A DNA stretch of 44,949 nucleotides, from positions 180,838,508 to 180,883,456 of the forward strand of contig NC_068982.1 of the NCBI RefSeq assembly GCF_001194135.2, given 5' to 3'. A model generated the notes under the pieces. It saw nothing but the letters and a program-made list of their open reading frames with translations, had not been told where the DNA came from and did no database searches. The DNA comes from Octopus bimaculoides. Its lineage: Eukaryota. Of the stretch, positions 37,050-44,949 are shown in pieces. Positions within the stretch are counted from its first letter, which is position 1; every line of letters begins with the position of its first letter. The position numbers were made by a program, and so were the translations under genes.

Positions 37050-38330
37050 CACGCAAGAGTTAGGGAATTGAGTTGATAAAATCCGGGCTACATGTGTTTC
37101 ATAGCATGTGTTTCATAGCAAGCGGAACCTCGGAAGTGGTAAATATTCAAGCGAGTTGTATATCGTACGCTATTCTTCAGGCCACGGCTGTCTTCATTAA
37201 TGAAGTTTACTTTGTCGTTAGGCGGCCCATGTTAACACACGGATGATTCGATCAGAATGCGTAGACACCACAGTTTGAGTGGAGATTATAATTAGGAGTG
37301 TAAGAAAAGAAAAAAAGAACAAAAAAGATATATAAGGGAGTGGGAGAGTTACAAGTAAAGAATTTCAGCTGGGTCATTTCACGTATGGTTTTCAATAGTG
37401 CCATTTTGGCCGAGTCACAGGAGAGGAATAGGGAGTGGTATCTAGATATGATAGTGTGAAGGGAAGGGGAGGGAAAATGTTTCTTGTTGATAGGAAGAAC
37501 AATGTATGCTTACAGAGATGGCCTAGTAATTAGATTTAAAGTCTAAGGGAGAGAAGGAAGAATGGTTGTAAGAATTAAAGTCTAAGAATTAAGGAATGTA
37601 TATTGTTGAGCTCGCGCGTGTGTACTGGATGAACTAGTAGAGGTGTATGTAGGCGTATGTACTTGTAAGTTACAAAGTAGGTGTAGATGGGTGTGGAGGA
37701 ATGCGAATTAAGAGAATTTTGGGTGTATACAGGGTAAGGAATGAAAAAAACTAGATAAATATAAAATAAAAAATAAAAGGTTATAGAGAAAATTATTGGT
37801 GGTTAAGGATTTGATGGTTATGAAGGAAAATAAAGTGGAATGTCTATAAAGTGAGGGAAATGTAAAGATTGACGCAGGGGTGGTAATTGTTTGTATTTTG
37901 AGAATAGGTTACGTAAACTGTGTCTGCATGTAAAAATAATGCTTTCACGTTCATTAAGACAACATTCGGCGTATTGGTCTAATTGGCGGGTAGTTAAGAA
38001 ATCCTGTGGAAAACGCTTTCTATGATAGATTTTAAGACGGAAGTGGTGTGGTTCAGGAAATGCTGACGAAGTTGAGGTTCTCGCCAAGTTTGTGGTATGG
38101 TTAGAAGGTTTGGTTTTGTAAGTCGACGGTGACGTCTAAGAAACCAGCGGTTTTAAGGTTGTTATGGAAGGAGATGCTAAGGCCGACATATTTAAAGAAG
38201 ACTTCTTAATCTCCTAGTCTGTTTTGTTTTCCGGTTACTAGAATTTTCGATTGCGAACAGTGTCATCTCTGCATACACCGCCGGAGATGTTAGGGAATTG
38301 TGCCCGGAGACCGTTAAGTAGGTAACAACT
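37050..38330 (-). mobile_element. Penelope-like element remnant: RT active-site region to hammerhead tail
   Basis: Minus strand: YLLNGLRAQFPNISGGVCRDD (YRDD), IFKYVGLSISFHNNLKTAGFLDVTVDLQNQTF*PYHK, later KHFPSPSLHTIISR. Terminal hammerhead at 37083-37187. Confidence 0.8.
37083..37187 (-). ncRNA. Type I hammerhead ribozyme motif with 14-bp internal duplication
   Basis: Stem I CCG(T)GGC/GCCCGG; core CTGAAGA 37180-37174; stem II ATAGC/GCTAT; GAAACACAT-GTA (cleavage triplet 37091-37089). CATGTGTTTCATAG is duplicated at 37091-37104 and 37105-37118. Confidence 0.75.
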
Positions 38331-38764
38331 TATATATATATATATATATATATATATNNNNNNNNNNNNNNNNNNNNNNNNNNNNNNNNNNNNNNNNNNN
38401 NNNNNNNNNNNNNNNNNNNNNNNNNNNNNNNNNNNNNNNNNNNNNNNNNNNNNNNNNNNNNNNNNNNNNNNNNNNNNNNNNNNNNNNNNNNNNNNNNNNN
38501 NNNNNNNNNNNNNNNNNNNNNNNNNNNNNNNNNNNNNNNNNNNNNNNNNNNNNNNNNNNNNNNNNNNNNNNNNNNNNNNNNNNNNNNNNNNNNNNNNNNN
38601 NNNNNNNNNNNNNNNNNNNNNNNNNNNNNNNNNNNNNNNNNNNNNNNNNNNNNNNNNNNNNNNNNNNNNNNNNNNNNNNNNNNNNNNNNNNNNNNNNNNN
38701 NNNNNNNNNNNNNNNNNNNNNNNNNNNNNNNNNNNNNNNNNNNNNNNNNNNNNNNNNNNNNNNN

Positions 38765-38930
38765 NGATGAAGGAGAATGTTCTCTATGTGGCTTGTGTGT
38801 TTTCTCGTCTACGTTTTGTTTGCAATGTCCTGTACCCCGATATGCACCTATACATACAGGTGGATGTCGGTATGCACATACCTGTACGTATATATGCATA
38901 TGCTCATTTACTATTTGTTTATATATATAT
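38765..38930 (+). repeat. Family B repeat, inverted copy truncated by a gap
   Basis: GATGAAGGAGAATGTTCTCTATGTGGC.TGTGTGTTTT matches the reverse complement of 30630-30680. Confidence 0.75.
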
Positions 38931-39695
38931 ATATATATATATATAGGAAAACGAAAATAATTCAGATACATTTCTTTATGCATCTTGAGTACGTTGGTGA
39001 AAAACACATTTTTCCGTTGTAACAAACAGAAATGTAACTAGACAGTGAAATAAGTGTATGTACAAAGGCAAAGAATAGAAAATACGGTATATTAGCTTAT
39101 TCTTCGAAATGATCATTAAATTTATACTACAGAAGGGCATAGTCGTTCAATGCACAACATAGTACTGACCAAGAACTTTGCTTTTTAGCCTTCTTGTGTG
39201 GTGGCATGAGAGAACATACTGTACATGCATACATACATACATACATACATACATCGCGAAGCAACTATAGATAAACGATTTCATGTCTGATATTGTATTC
39301 ACTTTTAGAGATACCGTACAATGATTTAAGTATTAACGTATGCATAGATACTCAGATGCATACCCACACCAGCACAAACAAACATACATATACGTGTCGG
39401 GTAGCTATGCGTGCATATGTGTGTATACGGATACACGCACACATTGTATATAATTTTTAAGTGGATTGAAGAGAAAAACTAACAACGTTGTTTAACTAAG
39501 TGTGGGAGCTACTCCCCATATGTATGAACAAGTGGTGGATGGAAAACGAAAAACGCAAAATGACTTTCAAATCGAACAAGACAAGGGAGATGGTAAACTC
39601 GAGGTAGAGTACATTTCATGCTTTCAGTTTTAGCACGAAATACATAAATACATAACTATATATACTATGTAAATGCATACATACATACATACATA

Positions 39696-39727
<32 letters not shown>

Positions 39728-40245
39728 NNNNNNNNNNNNNNNNNNNNNNNNNNNNNNNNNNNNNNNNNNNNNNNNNNNNNNNNNNNNNNNNNNNNNNNNN
39801 NNNNNNNNNNNNNNNNNNNNNNNNNNNNNNNNNNNNNNNNNNNNNNNNNNNNNNNNNNNNNNNNNNNNNNNNNNNNNNNNNNNNNNNNNNNNNNNNNNNN
39901 NNNNNNNNNNNNNNNNNNNNNNNNNNNNNNNNNNNNNNNNNNNNNNNNNNNNNNNNNNNNNNNNNNNNNNNNNNNNNNNNNNNNNNNNNNNNNNNNNNNN
40001 NNNNNNNNNNNNNNNNNNNNNNNNNNNNNNNNNNNNNNNNNNNNNNNNNNNNNNNNNNNNNNNNNNNNNNNNNNNNNNNNNNNNNNNNNNNNNNNNNNNN
40101 NNTATATATATATACATACATACATACATACATACATACATACATACGTACATACATACATACATATAATATAAATATATATATACACACACATATATAT
40201 ACATACATATGTATATATATATATGTGTATATATACATATACATA

Positions 40246-40276
<31 letters not shown>

Positions 40277-41179
40277 GTGTGTGTGGGTGTGTGATAGTTC
40301 ATCGTAAATGAGACACAGTACTCGGCTTTACATGGAAAATGAAAAAAGCTTGTTAAGCACGACTCAAGCTATTGCCGTTCCCCAACCCAGCATTTCTCAA
40401 GTCTATAAGAAAAAAAAATTACTTAAGATTAAGACTTATTTTGCTTTTATTCAAAGCAAATCAGCAGAATTTAAAGTTTATATAAAACAGTTCCCCTTCC
40501 CCTTGGTGCCGTGTCAATTTAACCCGTTTAAAGAAATGTTAACATGTAAAAAAAATATTGTATATAGCAGAAAAATTTATATTTTTTTGCAAGTTTATCG
40601 TGTTGTGTTTAATGTACATGTTGTGGAATATGTTTTTAACTGTGCTCATAAATTTGAACTATAAAGTTTGGTTGTGTTTTCGGAGAAATGTCCAGTTTGT
40701 AGGTACTCTCTCGCTTTACTAGTGTTGATGATGTAATAAAAGTGTCAATGGGTGCATTTGACATGTACTTTTAGCAGATATATTGGCAAATATTAAAGCT
40801 GCTTAATGCAGTCACTACTAGTCTAAACATTTTCGGTTTCCTACATACTTTTGCCTCGACCTCGAATCAAAACCATTCTCGAAACCAAATGAGAAAGTTA
40901 AATAAATAATTAAGCAATTCCTCCGATTCTGAATCAATATCTCTTCGAGTGTTTAAAACTATCTGAACTAATATATATACGGTTATACCTGGGCTCTTTG
41001 TTTCTAAAGAAATCGAACAGATCAAGAAGAATATTAGGGGCAAGCCCAACTTTTCTCACTAATTATTAAGACCACAGGAGCTAATAGATAAAGAAAAATT
41101 GCGAATAGGTGATCTGTTCAGACAAGCTATAATTGCGGTCCCAGCATAAAGAAAAATAATAGTTTCAAATTTTGGCAGA

Positions 41180-41350
41180 AGGCTAGCAGTTTTAGGGTGA
41201 GTAAATCGATTACATTGAATTCTGGGCTCAATTGGTACTTATTTTATCGATCCTAGAAGGTTGAAAAGCAAAGTCAACTTCGGAGAAATGGACGAAATAA
41301 CGCTAAGCATTTTGCCCGGCGTGCTGACAATTCTGCCAGCACGCAGCCTT
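41180..41350 (-). mobile_element. tRNA-derived SINE family 1 copy
   Basis: TTGGTACTTATTTTATCGATCC...AAAGCAAAGTCAACTTCGG...GACGAAATA.CGCTAAGCATTT.GCCCGGCGTG...TTCTGCCAGC matches 4095-4225. Confidence 0.8.
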
Positions 41351-41369
41351 CAATATTAAGAAAATAAAG

Positions 41370-41720
41370 TCATGTAGATCCACCAAACGGACTACTCCAA
41401 GCTTTACATTTAGAAATACAGAATGTCCTTGAAATCGGGTAAGGAACGTCTAGTGTGATGTGTGCGAAAGACGAATTCATCCTAAACATGATAACCCAAA
41501 TTGTCAGAATGGAAAACTGTATTCATACCCATGGACTTGAATTCATGACGAGTTTTTAGAATCATAATTCGGCATCCAGGGACATTGGCGAAGTAACACC
41601 ATAATATCAGCTAAATCTGGAAAATAAGTGTCAACGACATTGCTTTTAGCATCAACTGGAGGTTCCTGGAAAGAAATTTATAACAGAATGGATCAAAGCT
41701 TTGCAGCATTTCTATAACGA
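41370..41720 (-). mobile_element. Possible CR1/L2-like LINE RT C-terminal relic
   Basis: KFLSRNLQLMLKA...LILW (cf. FxSRxPxLMLKAF...YCSxIWSP) and a frameshifted SLE..RLVDL remnant. Confidence 0.35.
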
Positions 41721-42338
41721 AAAGGAATAACAAACCACTCATCCTGTTAAATCCAAATGCCACAGCAGCTATGTCAATTCCAGAACTGAATTTTAACCAT
41801 ATTTGATCATGACGACACGTTTATCCACTTGTCGCATTTGTTCACTAAACAAATAAACCAGTCTAGTAATACCCACTCGTCTACTTTCTCAACCCGTCTC
41901 TGATATCAGCCCATCACACACACACACTCGCACACACACTCACACACGCACACACACACACACACACTCACACAATCACTCACACACACACACTTACGCA
42001 CGCACACACATACACACACACACACACACTCACACACACACACAAACATACATACACACATTCACACAAGCACATGCATGTATTTCCCTATTTGATTTAG
42101 TAATCTGAGCCTCAAGTAACCAGGCCAGAAGCCTGCAAGTCGGATGCAGCCAATTCAAACTGCCTAAAATATTTATGTATGCACGCACACACACATATAC
42201 CTACACACTAACGCACACTCTCTCACACACACACACACACGCGCGCGCAAATAGATAGATAAATGAAAATAGGTATGGCCGTATCTATCATTACCTATAT
42301 ACACTATTGCTTTATAACTTAGTATCCTCCTTTTTCAG

Positions 42339-42458
42339 ATTTATTTTTTAGTGACAATATACATATCGACAGGCTTCAGCCCCGTCCTTGCTGTATTCTT
42401 GGGATATTCTTTTATTTTTATAATTACGTTTCATCTTATGATTACGTTTTTGCAATGA
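42339..42458 (+). CDS. Candidate terminal exon (IYFLVTIYISTGFSPVLAVFLGYSFIFIITFHLMITFLQ*)
   Basis: Acceptor TCCTCCTTTTTCAG|; phase 0 open for 39 codons to TGA 42456-58; strongly hydrophobic. Confidence 0.55.
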   Translation: MYFLVTIYISTGFSPVLAVFLGYSFIFIITFHLMITFLQ

Positions 42459-42478
42459 AGTGATGTTCACGTTCCTCT

Positions 42479-42635
42479 ATTAAAAATGCGCAAGAAACAG
42501 CTGTAATGAACATCATCTGTTATTATCCATTTGTTTATAAGCTAAATAATTGAGATTCAGATAAATTAGGTACTTAAGTTGAGGCACCAAAAATTAGTGT
42601 GGAATTATTCGTCAGTTTAAAAAAAGATGAATAAA
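42479..42635 (+). terminator. Candidate polyadenylation signals ATTAAA (42479-84) and AATAAA (42630-35)
   Basis: Hexamers lie just downstream of the candidate stop codon. They are common by chance in AT-rich DNA. Confidence 0.3.
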
Positions 42636-43771
42636 ATCAAAATAAGCATCAGGATATCCACAGGTGATGCAGTACGATCATTTCAAGCGACTCCATATAA
42701 TTTGAACAATACAATCATTTCATCAGTTTGAATGCAGAGCTATCCTCAGTTGCTTAAAGAAGTGAATACAGCATGGACTGTGTCTGTCTTTTTACTCTCT
42801 TAGATGATTTAGGTAAAATTATACAAAGTGTCCGACTGATTAAATGGATTCTATTTTATTTTATTTATTTATTTATGCAGCAGAGGATAGCTCTGCATTT
42901 AAATTTGAAATTGATGTAACGATTGCATTGTTCAATTAAATGGAGTCGCATGAAATGATCGCACTCCATCGCCTCTGGATATCGTGTTGCTTATTTTGAT
43001 TATATATATATATATGTATATATATATACGGACAACTCAAATAATGTAATTCATCTAAAATCTCTCAGAGAAGGACCCTTGTTCAGACACCTAGTTACTT
43101 TTCGCTTCAACTCTTTTCCTTATTCATGCTTCTCTTTTGCCCGAGGACAGAAAACCGGAGACCAGAAACAGAGCGTTCATTTTGGGATAATTTAGCTCCC
43201 AATTAAGCGATGCTTTAATTTCGCTACTGAATATGGTATGCTGCCTCTTTCTCAGCTTCAAATCTTTAGACACACACACACATGCAAACACACGCACACG
43301 CATACCCCCCCACACACACACTCAATCGTATACACACTTATTCGGTCATTTATGTATATACATATAAAGTCACATGCGTATTTGTTCTAATAGAATCTAA
43401 GGATCAGTGAACAGATTATCTGAATTTCATGGTAGCCACAATTTAAATGATTAAGTATGGAAGTAGACCAAGAATATCTAAAGCGATATATGTAAAGAGT
43501 TCAAAAAGAAATTATCAACAGAGATATGATGGTTGGTATGAATTATTAAATGATCCTGTCACTTATTCATACATTCAAGTGTCAGACACTGAAGACATAA
43601 TATNNNNNNNNNNNNNNNNNNNNNNNNNNNNNNNNNNNNNNNNNNNNNNNNNNNNNNNNNNNNNNNNNNNNNNNNNNNNNNNNNNNNNNNNNNNNNNNNN
43701 NNNNNNNNNNNNNNNNNNNNNNNNNNNNNNNNNNNNNNNNNNNNNNNNNNNNNNNNNNNNNNNNNNNNNNN

Positions 43772-43890
43772 TAAGACTAGTACTTATGCTATCGCTCTAT
43801 CTTTTGCCCAACCGCTAGGTTACGGGGACGTAAACAAACCAACTTCGGTTGTCAAGGGATGGTGGAGGGGACAAATACAGACTCACAGAC
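43772..43890 (-). mobile_element. SINE family 2, 3' half, inverted and truncated by a gap
   Basis: Reverse complement matches TTTGTCCCC...TTGACAACCGA..TGGTTTGTTTACGTCCCCGTAACCTAGCGGTT.GGCAAAAG of 35165-35260. Confidence 0.75.
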
Positions 43891-44488
43891 ATATATATAT
43901 ATATATATATATAGTAGTACATATATATTCATATGTGGAATATAATATGGGGAAGACACTCACATACAGAAACGCACAAAGAAGGCAACTACTGCTTATG
44001 AGAAGGTTGTGTCATCTGATTTTTCTTTGCAAATATGCATTCATCTCTGAGGGTATGCTAAATATAATATGCAGAAAATTAAGTGTTTTGAGTATTTGAT
44101 ATACATATCCAAGAAAGTACTTGCAAAACTATCACGAATTCTGTTGTTTTGCTCAAAATTGGCAAATATGCTAAATGCTGAAATTGCCTTTAATAATTTT
44201 CCGGTAATATATCATCATTTAAACTTCAACCATACACATTTATATAATTGCTACAACCATATATTTCGCACTCTGAAAGAAACATGTCCTCTTAAAGCAT
44301 CAATTTCTAGACACAGGGTCTGGGTGCAAATAGAAGTGAAACAAAATGCGTTGTAATGCCTACGTAAAATGCGTTTTAAAAATATTACCGCTGTATATGC
44401 AAAATCAGAGTATGAGAAAGATATCCTGGCACACGACGCTCAAAATATATCTGGAGTTCATATAAATTTACATATATCCACTCACACA

Positions 44489-44528
<40 letters not shown>

Positions 44529-44823
44529 NNNNNNNNNNNNACACACACACACACACACACACACACATGAATATGCATATGCATATATAATTATATTCAT
44601 TATTATGCATTTCATTTTTGTGTGTACGTGAATATGCGACCGGGTGTGGACGTATGTTAGCGGATTGATTTACGTCTTATAATTTCAGAACCAATCTTTT
44701 GTACGTCTTTCAATTTCACTTTAAATTATCATATTGCAGGCATTATGATTCGTAGTCCAGAGCATATATCAAATATCTATTTCTGGAATACTGTTACTTA
44801 AACACACTCACAACATAGTTGTT

Positions 44824-44861
<38 letters not shown>

Positions 44862-44949
44862 TACAATCATACATACATACATACATACATACATACATAC
44901 ATACATACATACCTAACGTGTGTGTATATATAAACATATACATATATAT

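Noticed and set aside
2736-40302. Long ORFs in the track (up to 367 aa) made of X runs or YI/CV/HT/RE repeats
   Set aside because: They are translations of N-gaps and dinucleotide microsatellites, not genes.
40680-41050. Possible hAT transposase C-terminal relic on the minus strand
   Set aside because: Only vague similarity (LSSFNI, IINTSKAR); no clear motif or TIR.
41540-41670. Minus-strand exon candidate EPPVDAKSNVVDTYFPDLADIMVLLRQCPW
   Set aside because: It hits a stop before the donor, and another frame fits a CR1-like RT relic better.
1-44949. CRISPR arrays, rRNA, genuine tRNA genes or prokaryotic operons
   Set aside because: None seen; tRNA-like boxes belong to SINE heads and the DNA is eukaryotic.

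Overview
AT-rich, microsatellite-dense eukaryotic DNA with about 14 N-gaps. The SINE and transposon repertoire looks like a coleoid cephalopod, probably Octopus (inference from element recognition; no search was run). Nearly all ORFs in the supplied track are artefacts of N-runs or dinucleotide repeats. Most interpretable sequence is decayed transposons: four Tc1/mariner remnants, three Penelope-like element (PLE) remnants, RTE, L1/Tx1, R4/Dong-like and CR1-like LINE pieces, two weak Ty3/Gypsy pieces, a Helitron helicase fragment with tandem 3' ends, and two tRNA-derived SINE families. Two results stand out. (1) Five short + strand exons (17841-17893, 28012-28053, 28522-28534, 32159-32212, 42339-42458) have canonical splice sites and compatible phases, and assemble into a candidate 93-aa hydrophobic membrane microprotein spanning 24.6 kb. 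(2) There are two near-intact type I hammerhead ribozyme motifs at PLE 3' ends (24180-24262 +, 37083-37187 -) plus degenerate minimal ones; the first lies in sense orientation in the candidate gene's first coding intron. All family calls come from motif recognition by eye, and element boundaries are approximate.
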